From Hypanus sabinus (Eukaryota): a stretch of 64,000 nt of DNA. This document shows, one piece after another, positions 11,411 through 23,520 of this stretch. A program made the position numbers and the translations under genes. Location: NCBI RefSeq assembly GCF_030144855.1, contig NC_082733.1:31992001-32056000 (forward strand), in the 5' to 3' direction. Position 1 is the stretch's first letter. Every line of letters starts with the position of its first letter. The notes under the pieces were generated by a model, which did not search any database, was not told where the DNA came from, and worked only from the letters and a program-made list of their open reading frames with translations.

Positions 11411-12960
11411 CAGTGCCTATAAAATGTATTCACTACCCTCACCCCTTGGAACTTTTCATGTTTTATTAGTTTGCAACATTGGATCACAGTGGATTTAATT
11501 TGGATTTTTTTTTACACTGATCAACAGATAAAGATTCTTTTGTGTCAAAGTGAAAACAGATCTCCACAAAGTGATCCAAATTAATTACAAATATAAAACA
11601 AAAAATAATTGATTGCATTAGTATTCACTCCCCTCAGGTCAATATTTAGTAGAGGCATCTTTGGCAGTAAGTACAACCTTCAGTCTGTGTCGATAGGCCT
11701 CGATCAGCTTTGCAAATCTGGACACTGCAGCTTTTTACCATTCTTATTTACGGAACTGCTCAAGCTGTGTCAGGTTGCATGGTGATCGTGAGTGAACAAC
11801 CCTTTTCATGTCTAACCACAATTTTCAGTTGGATTGAGGTCTGGACTCTGACTTGGCCGCCCCAGGACATTAACTTTGTTGTTTTTAAGCCATTCCTGTG
11901 CAGCTTTGGCTTTATGCTTGGGGTCATTGTCTTGCAGGAAAACAAATCTTCTCCCAAGTCGCAGTTCTCTTACAGACTGCATCAGGTTTTCCTCCAGGAT
12001 TTCCCTGTATTTTGCTGCATTCATTTAACCCTCTACCTTCACAAGTCTTCCAAGCCCTGCTGCAGTGATGCAGCCACCACCATAGTGATGGTGTGTTTTT
12101 GTGATGTGCGGTGTTTGGCTTATGCCAAACATAGTGTTTAGCCTGATGATCAAAAAGCTCAATTTTGATTTCATCTGCATAGAAACTTCTTCCAGCTGAC
12201 TTCAGGGTCTCCCACATGCTTTCTGACAAACTCTAGCCAACATTTTATGTGAGTTTTTTTTTCAAAAGTGGCTTGCTCTTTGTCACTCCCCCAAAAAGCT
12301 GCAACTGGTGAAGCACCCGGGCAACAGTTGTATGTGCAGTCTCTCCCATCTCAGCCACTGAAGCTTGCAACTTCTCCAGAGTTGTCATAGGCCACTTGGT
12401 GGCCTCCTTGCTTTTGAGGATGGCCTGCTGTAGGCAAATTTACAGCTGTGCCATATTCTTTCCATTTACTGATGATTGACTTAACTGTACTCCAAGGGAT
12501 ACTCATTGATTTGTGCTTTTCAATAACATTTTCGCAGAGTTGCTTGGAGTGTTCTTTTGTCTTCATGGTGTAGTTTTTGCCAGGATACTGACTCACCAGC
12601 AGCTGGACCTTCCAGGTACGGGTGTATTTTTACCACAATCAATTGAAACACCTTGACTGTGCACAAGCCTCCAAAAGTAGATCTCCATTTAACTAATTAT
12701 ATGACTTCTGAAACCAATGGGCTGCACCAGTGATGATTTGGTGTATCGTATTACAAGGAGGTGAATACTTAAGCTATCAATTATTTTGTGTTTTATATTT
12801 TAATTTGGAACACTTTGTAGAGATCAGTTTTCACTTTGGCACAGAAGGGTCTTTTTCTGTTGATCAGTGTCAAAAAAGCCAAATTAAATCCATTCTGATT
12901 TAATGTTGTAAAACAATAAAACTTCCAAGGGAGGGGGATGAATACTTTTTACAGGCACTG
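11411..12960 (-). mobile_element. Tc1-family DNA transposon fossil with long TIRs
   Basis: TA|CAGTGCCT...AGGCACTG|TA; ~210-220 bp imperfect TIRs with inner GTATTCAC repeats. Transposase remnants 12566->11639: [51 protein letters not shown]. Confidence 0.92.
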
Positions 12961-13671
12961 TATTTTCCTTACATACACTTTATTTTTACTTCTTCAGCAC
13001 ATCACTCCGACTTTGGGATAGGCTACCAACAATAGCTCATCAAAATTCTGTATCCTGGGCCAGTCTTTCAAGTTGTCCCTAAGTGTAACCCATCTTTGAA
13101 GATACTTTCTCACCCAGGGATGAGGTCTTTTGAGCTTCTGTTAGTGTATCTGTAGGTCTGGGCTTTCATGGGATGGAGTTGCTAGTCCCACGTCCAACCA
13201 TCATTTGAAGCTGGACTTGGGATGGTTACATGATGGAGTCACTTGTGTCTAAGTCTTCATTGTATCTGTCCCTTCTCCAGTTCTGTTCCTTCTGCACTAT
13301 GTGCCCCTGACACCTTCTTCTCTACTGTAAATATTCCCATGTCATTTTCCAAAATAAGCAAAACACAAAGGAAGGAGGAAAGAAGAAGAGCATGCATATT
13401 AAGCCTAGAAATACACTCAGTGGCCACTTTAATAAATGTATGACTGGAACCTGGTATGGTCTTCTGCTGCTGTAACCCATTTGCTTCAAGGTTCAATTTG
13501 AGGTATTGTCACCTTCCTGTCAGCTTGAACCAGTCTGGCCATTCTCAAGTTCATGTTGAAGTTTATTGACATCTGATTTTATATTTATACAACCAAACGA
13601 ACCAATGTTCCTCTGGATCACAGTGAATTCACCCAACCTATATCACACACAGCACAGAAACCAAGCAAAGA

Positions 13672-13905
13672 TGTGTCGTTTGGTGGTAGGATCCCATTAA
13701 AGGTGGCAGAAGTTGCATAGAACGATGTGTCTGATGTGGAAGTCCATGTGGTTGTAGTGACAACAAGAGGAACTCTGTCCCTGTTAAGGCGGCGGGAAGA
13801 AGAGGTGAGCATGGATGTCTGGGACATGACGCAATTGTGAATGAGGGCAGCATCAATGGTGAAGGAACGGAAACCCTGTTCGTTGAAGGAGGAGGACATC
13901 TCTGA
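13672..13905 (-). mobile_element. Penelope-like element ORF fragment
   Basis: MSSSFNEQGF..TIDAAL..SSRRLNRDRVPLVVT matches the RT/GIY-YIG linker typical of vertebrate PLEs. Confidence 0.65.
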
Positions 13906-14359
13906 TGTAAATTATGCTTACAATTGGAGCTCATGATAAATGGCAACTTTGCTGGGACAAAGAAATTCTCATGGATGGTCTAAAAGCTTCTGAGGACAGA
14001 GAACCCAGATACTGTACCTAAGGTTAGAGTGAGGCTGAAATCTAGGGCCAACCGATATACTAATAATTGGTTAACAGAGCAAAAATGCCTTCAACCAAGT
14101 TTGATGTGCTGGTCTGAAAGGCTCGTGATCTCTTTACAATGCAGTACAATGCACAATGATCTCTATTTACAATGCTGTAAACTAATGACTGATGTCTGAA
14201 GCCAACTTTAATGTAGGCTAATTAATATACTAATTGCCTTGTGTTAGGCTGATACATTCAAGAACATTTCATGACCTCATCCATTGATGAACTATATCTC
14301 TCAAGTCAATTGCACTCTGCAGTTGTTTACAAAGGTATTCATGTATTTGGTATATTTTT

Positions 14360-14595
14360 ATTTATTTAAAGGTACAGCACAGTAACAGGACCTTCTGGTC
14401 CAAGAAGGGTATGCTGCCCAATTACACCCCTGCAACCAATTAGCCTACTAACCCATACATCTTTGAAATGTGGGAGCAAACCAGAGTGTCTGCCCATGGA
14501 GTCACTGGCAGAATGTACAAAACCCTTACAGATAGCAGAATTGTACCTAGGTTGCCAGCATTTTAAATGCACTCTGCTAACTGTGACACTGCCTT
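14360..14595 (-). mobile_element. SINE remnant (HE1/V-SINE-like); related copies ~20890-21190 and in each array unit (~34205-34510)
   Basis: On -: TGGTTTGCTCCCACATTTCAAAGA..GGCTAATTGG core, CR1-like GAAGGTCCTGTTACTGTGCTGTA 3' end, and (TAAA)n tail. Confidence 0.5.
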
Positions 14596-15615
14596 GCTGC
14601 TATGTTGCTGTGCCACCAAATTAATTTCAAACTGATTAAAAATTATAATTTACATTAGAGCAGATATTTACCAAAGGCTGTTTCACATTTCAATTAATAT
14701 CTGCTACATCCAAATAACTTTAGTACTCCTGGATCCCTAACATTGAGAGATGTTAAATATGAATAAAATTTTTCCTTGCAATATGATGTTTACTGAAAAG
14801 CTCTGAATACCAACCTTTGGTGTATTGAACTATCATATATTAGCAAGTCCATTTTGGACAAAACCACCCTTAAGGAACAATGTGTGAAAGAATTAATCTC
14901 CAATTAGCTAAAAATCATGAAAACTACTTACATCTTAATAGCTCAATAGAATTGATGTTTAATTTTTTAATGTACAGCATATGAAATATTCAAATCTAAC
15001 TAAATTATAAAAGTGATTGTACATTATGTGAGTTCTCAATCTGTGGGAATTCTGCAAATCCTGCTCTGCACGCAACCCTTCTGAAAATGAGACCATTGCA
15101 TCTCAGCTGGAGTTTAAGACTCACATAACATCACCCAAGTTTAGTGTTCAGGAAATGTACCTGGGATGGAGAGTAGAAAGTTCATTTACTGACATGATGA
15201 TTATAATTCTGAGTTTCAGAGATTCCATCTCCAAGTGGACAGACATTGGCTGAGAGTTACTTGCTAACTTGGACAAACTCAAAAAAAAAAACAAACTCTC
15301 CAACTGCAGCGGGTACTGAAAAGAAACCAGACATCCCAGAATGAAAGAGAAAACAGTGATGTTTACAGCAATCAAGAAATGGTTGAGCAAGTAATGGCTT
15401 GCTAGGCACAAAACAAAAAAGTTTTGATTACATAAACAAACATAAGTTAGTTTTGAATATTTTTAGTTAAGTATCTTCTTTTGTATAATTGATTCAAGCA
15501 TTTATAAATTCCAATCATATTTCTATACATAAACATCAATACCTGAATGAGGTTCCATGGATTAAGTGCAGAAATAATATTCCTGGATTAATTTCAAAGA
15601 AGTGAAAAGACCACT

Positions 15616-18600
15616 TTAATCAGCCCTTTGCTTTATTTTCTTCCATGCAATGTGACAAAGTTTCTACCGTGCTACAACCACCAGCATTGTGACCATGAGT
15701 AACATGGACAACAGTAAGACCATCACGTCCACACAATAGTAAACATACCAGGGCAGTTGGTAGGATTCAGAACGCAAATGGCCTGCTCCTTTGTGTCGGG
15801 CAACGTACTCAATCCAGAAAACGGCTCGCTCCATTGGCCACTCTGGTTGGTCCTGGTGGAGGGCAGAGAGTTTCTTCATGTTGTCCCGGTAGAATGTACC
15901 GTTTACCACCTCATGAAGTGCCTGTAATAGATTTGTGGAGTGTATGGTTGCAACATTAAGCACCTTTGCTCCACCTTGGGATTCAAGTCGAAGTAAATTG
16001 TCAAACTGGTCAAAAATTAGAGGCATGCCAATCACTGACACCCTGTGGTAAATGGCCTCATAAATGCCATTGGTGCCACCATGAGAAATGAAGACTCATG
16101 TATTGGGGTGTCCCAAAAGGTTGTTCTGAGGGATCCATTTTGTCAGTAATGTATTATTACCTACATTGGGAGGGCTTTCTCCATCATATCTCCAAACCAA
16201 GTCAGAGTTGCATCGCCATCTTGGTGCCCAGTAAGCACCCGTAGGTCGGAGGCGGGGTGAGGTGGCGCAGACAAAGATGGCCGCCCCCATTCCTTGCATG
16301 CGGTGGGCAGGCAAGATGGCAGCGACCAAGATGGCAACCCCAATGCCTCAGACGCGGAGGGCAGACAAGATGGTGGCGAACAAAATGGCGACACCCATGC
16401 CTCGCACGTGGCAGGAAGGCAAGATGGTGACCCCATGCCTCGCATGTGGCGCTGCTCGACCCCGCTCGTGGTTTGGACTTACAAGCCTTGGCGAAGTGGC
16501 CCTTCTTTCCTCAGCTGGAGCAGGTAGCTTCTCGGGCCGGGCAGCTTTTTCGGGGGTGCTTTTCGAGTCCGCAGAAGTAACACTGTGCGGACTTGCGACT
16601 GGCAGCAGCCGTGGTCGATTCGCCGGCGGGTTGCAGGGACTTCACGGACTAGCGACTGGCAGAATCACGGCACCAACCTCCAACAATTTTTCCAAGCGGC
16701 CAAGCTTTTAACCTTACCTATAACAGGGACAAATGTGTGTTCGGAACCACCCGACTTGCTCCAAGATGGCTGCGCGGCGCAGCTTGCAGCGGCCACTCCG
16801 GAGCTAATTATCTGTTATTTGTGAAGTGGGGTGCCGTGCGCAATCCTAATCAATTGAAAACGAACGTGGGAGAACAGAGGAACATCAGGAAGTCTCGAGG
16901 AAGACCTTCTTCGTTGCAGCTGCTTCTGTGAGGTCCAGGACTCTGCTGGGAAGAACAGGCCCCCAGTCCTCGGGGTCGCGTTGCTGATGGCCTTTGGCGG
17001 GGCCATCTTAATACGCTCGGCAGAGGATGCTGCTCGGAGAAGCTGTGCCAGAGGGGATGGTCGTCGGCTCGGAGGTTCGGTGGACTCAAGTCGCTTTCGG
17101 AGTGTGCTGCGTCTGCGAGGCTGAATCGGGCAGCGCCATGGAAGTCCATAGCGGGAGTACTCCCTTCTGCCGCCGGCGTGGGATGGCGAGTCTGTCAGGA
17201 CCCTGGGGACTTGTGGAAACTGTGTGGTGATTTTTTTTGAACTTATAGACCTTTAATATCTTTGGACTATTTGTACTGTGCCCATAGACTGTTTTAAATC
17301 AATTATGCTATTGTTTGCACTGTTGTAACTATATGTTGTAAATATGTGGTTTTGTGCAGGTCTTGTAGCTTTAGTTTTTGGTCTTGATTGTCTGGTGGAT
17401 TTGGAGCTCCTTTCCGGGGAACGTGCTAAGACGGTAGCACAATATTAATATGCAGCAGCCTCTCCGGACTCTGGATTGGGGATTGCCAAATGTTATGTGG
17501 ATTTTCTAGTGTAGTCTGTTCTGTCATATGCTTTTGTGATATCATTCTGGAGGAACGTTGTCTCATTTTTTAACTGCATTGCATTTGTGGTTTCTATATG
17601 ACAATAAACTGAATCTGAATCTGAAATCACCTTCTGGGGTACTTGAGCAAATGCCTCAGCTACTTCCATTGTAATCTGTTTTGGCAAGGAATTGATAACA
17701 GATCCTAATGACATCACAATAAGTCCATGCTTTCCTGAGCTTTGAACAAACTCTTCAAACTCTGCCGCTAGTGGTTGGGCTGGTTTACACTGGAAGCCTC
17801 CAATGTAGACAATATTTGGCATGGTGGGTCTTGGGAATTCAAATACAAAATCTACTCTCATCAGCCACACATCAGCCCTCAGCAGAATTGTCTTGATATC
17901 TGTGTCTGGTCCCAAATATCGATGACAGAGCTCATTGTAGCTGCGATAAATGGTAAGTTCTAAAAAGGATAGAGGGATGAGACTTAGGATGAAGTTTTGT
18001 GTTCTTTGAAGAAAGGACATTTTGTCTGTTAGGTTTGAGCCTAAGATTGGGACATAAGAAAGAGGGGATGGGGCAAAGAGAAAGTGAACCTCACCTGAGT
18101 CTAAAGATCGAACATTATACACCCAGGGAAGTTTTAAATAATAAGCAAGCATTGATCCAACAGCAAAAAAGGGGGTCTGTAAGGACCAGGTCAAAGTTTG
18201 TCTTTTCAAGTTGGCTTAGCAATGTTTTGTTTTGAAAAATTTCACTTGTAAACCAATGTATCACCTTATGACAGTTCTGCACAAATTGTAGAATTTCAGA
18301 CTGGAACTCAATATTGTCTGTGAAGCTCCACCCATCCTGCCCAAGCTGTAGTGCTTTTTGAAGACTTAATCCAATTACATCCATCATCTCAGTGTTTTTC
18401 AATGGAACTGCAATAAATTGATATGGATCGGGCCTTTCTGTGATGTACCAATTTTTCTCAAGATAAAGCACTGTGAAGTTGTGTCCACGAGGTTTCAGTT
18501 CCTCCAAGAAAATTCTCATGTTGATCCAATGACTTCCATCGACAGGTACAACTAATATATTAGCTGACTGAGTGATGGGACAAATCAAACTGATGATAAT

Positions 18601-18651
18601 ACCAAAGAGAAATGGGACAAGTGCTCGGCTTTTCCATCCAGAACCTTCCAT
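15616..18651 (-). pseudogene. UGT5-like pseudogene (gene B)
   Basis: Colinear with the intact paralogs from ATG 18651 to TAA 15616-15618. Lesions: +1 frameshift at ~18171-18175, 1.43 kb insertion in QKVI|WRY (16197-17623), CGA>TGA stop at 16096-16098, and TAG at 15664-15666. Confidence 0.93.
16197..17623 (+). mobile_element. Chimeric retro-insertion: Gypsy gag piece, oppositely oriented Gypsy RT piece, and ~860 bp non-coding retroposon
   Basis: 16197-16663 aligns to 7197-7573 in the same orientation; 16664-16756 is the reverse complement of ~6048-6140; 16760-17623 ends AATAAA(CTGAAT)n. AAA is duplicated at both junctions. Confidence 0.85.
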
Positions 18652-19139
18652 ATTAAGAAGAATATCCAAAACCTGTTCAAGGATTGAAAAGAAATACTGT
18701 TAACAAAATATCAATTTGTTATTCAATAATTATAGTGTTTTATCTGGACATCATAACCAACTAGTCCTGTGGTTCGATTGAGTTTATATAAGTATTCTTA
18801 TGCCATGGAAGTTGTGTTGTGAACCCTTTGGATCAGTGGGTGGCCCCCGGCCTCTTCACCTGAATATCGATAATTTACCAAATACTGGTCTTTTTTACTT
18901 GTTAATTTCTCCCTGAAGACTTTTTTGTGCTGTTTATTGATAACTGCAGGTTTCTTGTGTGACCTTATGCTATTTAAGTTAAAAGTGCTGATTACTCGTT
19001 GTTCAGTCTTGATGTTCGTTCTGAGTGGCCTGTGTATCTTGGCTGATTCTTCTGTGCCTGGTTTTGTTCGCCTGAGTTCATTGTTACAAGAGATTGCGTT
19101 ACTTGATTGTCAGCTGCAAATGCAAAATATCATTAACGA

Positions 19140-19900
19140 CACAAGAGATTCTGCAGATGCTGGAAAGCCAAAGCAACACGCACAAAATGCTGGGCAAACT
19201 CAGCAGGTCAGGTGCATCTATGGCAATGAATAAACAGTGGATGTGTCTGGCTGAGACCCTTCTTCAGGACTGTCAAGGAAGGGGGAAGATGCCAAAATAA
19301 AATGTAGGCAGAGCTACTTAGAACCTACACTAGAAGAACAACTTAGTGCTTTACAATGGAGGGGAATGACTTCAGAAGAAATTAGTTTCCATTTTATCAT
19401 ACACCTAATTTCAAACGTTTAAAAGTTTTACAAACTTCTTCATGATTGCTTCTCTAAGGTATTCATATAGATCAGGCCTTTCGATTGGGGGTTGGGGGGG
19501 TGGGATACATACGAATTCCTTAGACAGGACACTGAGATTGAACTCCTACCTCCAATTCCCTGAGCTGCAATACTAGCTAGATGTGTAGGAAAGAAAGGAA
19601 TCTGATTGGAGAGGAGAATGGACCATAGGAGAAAGGGAAGGAGGGGAGACACTGGGGTGGAGTGGGGCTGATAGGCGGGTGAGAAGAGGTTAGAGGCCAG
19701 AGTGTGGAATAGAAGAAGAGGAGAGTGGGTGGGGAAATCACAGATACTCATACCATCATTTTCAGGGCTACCCTGATGGAATATAAGGTGTTGCTCCTCC
19801 ACGCTTAGGGTGGCCTCATCTTGGCACAAGAGGAGGCTACGAACCGACACACCAGAATGGGAATGGTAATTGGAAATGAAATGCTTGACTACTAGGAAGT
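19140..19900 (-). mobile_element. Penelope-like 3' fragments (19140-19300 and 19580-19900) with a degenerate hammerhead motif
   Basis: HSHSGVSVRSLL.CQDEATL.VEEQHLIF..GS...DGMSI.DF (GIY-YIG C-terminus); CTGAAGA-AGGGTCTCAGCCA-GACA on - at ~19245-19268. Confidence 0.65.
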
Positions 19901-20124
19901 TACACGGTATATAGAGATGTGTCAAGGAGTAGGAAATCCCAGCAACAATGTGCATCAAATTCCAGCACAAATCAGAGCAGCAAATTTCAGTTCGTTGTGA
20001 TAAAGTTAAATCCAGGAATCAGAATGTTGCATTAGAATGTTGCATAACCAGTTTCTTAAATCATAAAAGACAACACCGGCCTTTATAAGATATAGGACTG
20101 AGAATTGTATTGGTTTTGTGTATA

Positions 20125-20394
20125 TGAGGGGTGATTGATATGTTCATGGCGTAAAGTAGGAGGAGTCAATTTTCGAAAACCTAGAACATTAATTTGTCAA
20201 CATAGTCCCCTTCTACATTTACACACTTAGTCCAGCGATCGTGGAGCATACGGATCTTGAACCTCCAGAAAGTGTCCACAGCACGGGTGATTGATAAGTT
20301 CATGGCCTAAGGTATTGAGTGATTATGCAGAAAGTTTGAAGTTAATAACTCATCTCCCTCTACCTTAGGCCACAAACTTATAAATCAAACCTCG
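20125..20394. mobile_element. Tc1/mariner-type MITE
   Basis: TA|TGAGGGGTGATTGATA...AATCAAACCTCG|TA with ~40-bp imperfect TIRs and a third internal TIR copy at ~20285. Confidence 0.75.
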
Positions 20395-22779
20395 TATGTT
20401 ACATTCAACAATAGCTTATCAAATATTAGGCTAAAACATTTTGAACATGGTTCTTTTGGGAGCCAGCATGGATTCTATGGGCCTCTTCTGACCAGTACCC
20501 CAAGTTCGCTTCCCAATTCCAGGGACAGAGAAGTCCTTAAATTTCTCCCACAATCTCTTATTCCATCTATGAAGGAGAAACTTGCTTGAGCACATTCAGC
20601 TAGTGCTGAATAATCTGCCTGTTGGGTCTATGCCAACTTAGACCTAGAATGGAAGATCAACTTTGTGTTTTACAATGGAGGAGAATGGCTCCAGAAGAAA
20701 TTAGTTTACATTTCATCATGCACTTAATTTCAAATGTTTAAATGTTTTACATACTTCTTCATGATTGCTTCTGTAAGATAATCCAAAGTCTTAACACGCA
20801 TGAATTTGATGTGGATAAATCTCCCTGCCTCCGAGTCTTAATTGCCTTTTACATATATTACTGGCATTTCACAATATGGTCAGTTTATTTTTATTTACTT
20901 AGGAGATACAGTGTGGAATAGGCCCTTATAGCCCACTGAGCAGCACCACCTGCAGCCTTTGATTTAAACCTAGATTAATCACGGGACAATTTACAATAAC
21001 CAATTAATCTATTAAAAAGCATGTCTTTGGAATGTTGGGGGAAACCAGAGGATATGGAGGAATTGCAAACTTTCTATGGGCGTGGAGGGTGGGGGTTGGG
21101 TAGGTACAAATTCCTTAGGGAGGACACTGAGATTGAACTCCTACCTCCAATGCCCTGGGCTGCAATAGTGTTGTGCTAACTGCAATGCCACTCATTATCC
21201 ATCTTCACTTTTCCTCGGAGGACCACATTGCGGTCATAGGGTGAATGTTTTTACTACACAGAAAACACCCCACCCCATTATATTTAGTCTTCCAGTTTCC
21301 TCAGAGTTCTGCAGATTGTTTGATTGCCCAATGTAAGTTACCCTGGCGATGGACAAGTGGGATGGATGGGTTGGAAGACAAAATGTATAACAGAACAATG
21401 GGGAGAAGGAAAGGAGAAAATGGAACTCATGTTCTCACTCTTCTGGTAGCCAGCATCGACTGTATGGGTCAGGCAACCTTCTTCCAACTTGTAAGTTTTC
21501 ACTTGAGGGGTCTGCATTCACTTGAGAGGGTCTTGACCAGTCTGGTTCAAGCTGACCAGAAGCCGACAGTAACTCAGACAATGTTGCACCACAAGAGTGG
21601 TGTGCAGAAGAGCATCTCTGAATACACAACATGCCAAACCTTGAAATGGATAGGCTACAACAGCAGAAGACCACCAACATCAGGAGGTACTTAATAAAGT
21701 GGCCACTGAGTGTATATTTACTCTTAGCTTGCACAGTTAATTACTCGTGATCTGGTAAACTGTACTTTTGCTGTACATTTGGAGACACCGACTGGTGAAC
21801 CACCCTTTTCCCTGCTACTGCTTCTAAATATGCTCACATGCGAGAACTAAACATGTGGCTTCAGACCAGATAATAATTGCGTCTGTAAGATTACTTGTAA
21901 TTTAAAGTTTCTGTACTTTTTTGTCTACAAAATGTAACTTTTCACTTTCTTTTCAAGCCAATATTGAGCGTCCGAGAAAGCCTTGTCCTCGATCAAGCAG
22001 GATGCAACGAAGTTCAAAGATTGTAGACAGTTCACACCGACCGAATATTACAGGCTCACCACAAACTACTTCTAATAATATCTAAACTGTTTAGTCGTGG
22101 TTGCTTTCATTCAGAGCTACCTCATTCATGGGGTGTGCAGTCCCGCCGATCAATAATTGCTCTCCAGAAAATTGCTGGTGAGACACTTTCCTCAACTGCC
22201 GAGGTCCATGCGGAATCGTTTCAGAGGGCAATTAAGTGCATTGCAGTGTCTTTGCAGGGACAGATTATAAGGATGGGAGGTATCCGTCACTGAAGGGATT
22301 CATTAAAGGGATCATCCCGGACATGCAACCCCAGCTGGCTTCTCTCTCTACGGCCCTCTTCCCTTGCGCTCCGCTCCTCCTACCAGGAACCACCCAAAGC
22401 CGACCACTATTCCCCTGAAATTTAATGCTGCCGAGCTCCCTCGAATGTTCCATGACATCCAACTGGATGCAGCACATTATCAACACCAAGCCATCTTGCT
22501 AACGCAACGTTCCAAGGCTGAGCAAATGGCTCCTTATCTTAGTCACAGCCAAAAAATCTATCAATGAAGGTTAACATAACACACTGCGTCTGCAGAAAAG
22601 CTGCTAAAAGCAAAACAGTAGAAATGAAATCTAAACAGGTTCTTAACCAGGGCATGACATAGGATAAGGTCTGCTGTCATTTAGATGATCTCCCAGACCT
22701 GCCCATTAAATAAAGACCAAAATCTTTTTTCCCATCTGCAGGTTAGAAACTGAAGAGAAATAATCCTTGAGACCATTTT

Positions 22780-23115
22780 CTGTGATTCGCTACAAGGATG
22801 TCCACTTTGGTCTTTGAGGAGCCCCATTCTCTTCCTAGTTACTCTCTTCCCTTAATACAATTATAAAACTCCTGGATTTTCCTTCATCTTCTCTGCCGCA
22901 TCTATCTCATGCTCCCTATTTTTCCCTTCCTCACTCCCATCTTGAGTAGACTCCTGCAAACCCCACACTCCTTCCAGGATTCATTTGATCCCAATTGCCT
23001 GAACCTGACCCATGGCTCCTTCATTCTGAGCAGAACCTCAACACCGCACAATTAATTTGGATTTCACACGGTTCCCCAGGGCAAGCTGCATCTTTTTTTC
23101 TGTATTTAAGACACA
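22780..23115 (-). mobile_element. Old CR1 ORF2 fragment containing the array breakpoint (copies ~36310, ~49710, ~63050)
   Basis: The minus frame resembles the CR1 tether region (HEIDAAEKMKENP..F...K....GLLKDQSGH). Confidence 0.55.
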
Positions 23116-23118
23116 ATG

Positions 23119-23520
23119 CTCAGTGGCAACTTTACAGAGTACACTTGTACACCTGCTCGTATATGGAAATCTCCAATTAGCTAATAATGTGGCAGCAACT
23201 TAATGCATAAAAGCATGGTTAAGAGGTTCAGTTGTTGTTCAGACCAAACATCAGAATGGCAAAGAAATGTGATCAAAATAACTCTAACATTGGATTATTT
23301 GTTGGTGCCAGATGGGGTGGTTTGATAACCTCACAGACTGCTGATCTCCTAGAATTTTCACACACAAGACTAGAAAATAGTGTGAAAAACAAAAAAGAAC
23401 ATGTCTTGTTAATATGTGAGGTTAGTGGTGAATGGCCAAACTGGTTTAAGCTGACAGGGGGAGACAAAAACTCAAATAACCATAAATTTCAAAGTGTTGT
23501 GCAGAAAGTACTTGGTGTTT
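23119..23520 (+). mobile_element. Tc1-derived non-autonomous fragment (copies ~36655, ~50049, ~63389; related pieces ~13412, ~21530-21715, ~25755-25870)
   Basis: CTCAGTGGCAACTTTA TIR-like end; MAKKCD....GLFVGARWGGL..SQTADLLEFSHT is a Tc1 N-terminal HTH remnant. Confidence 0.65.

Noticed and set aside
16197-17623. Insertion in gene B read as an intron
   Set aside because: No GT..AG ends on the - strand, absent from all paralogs, made of transposon sequence, and the gene has independent stops and a frameshift.
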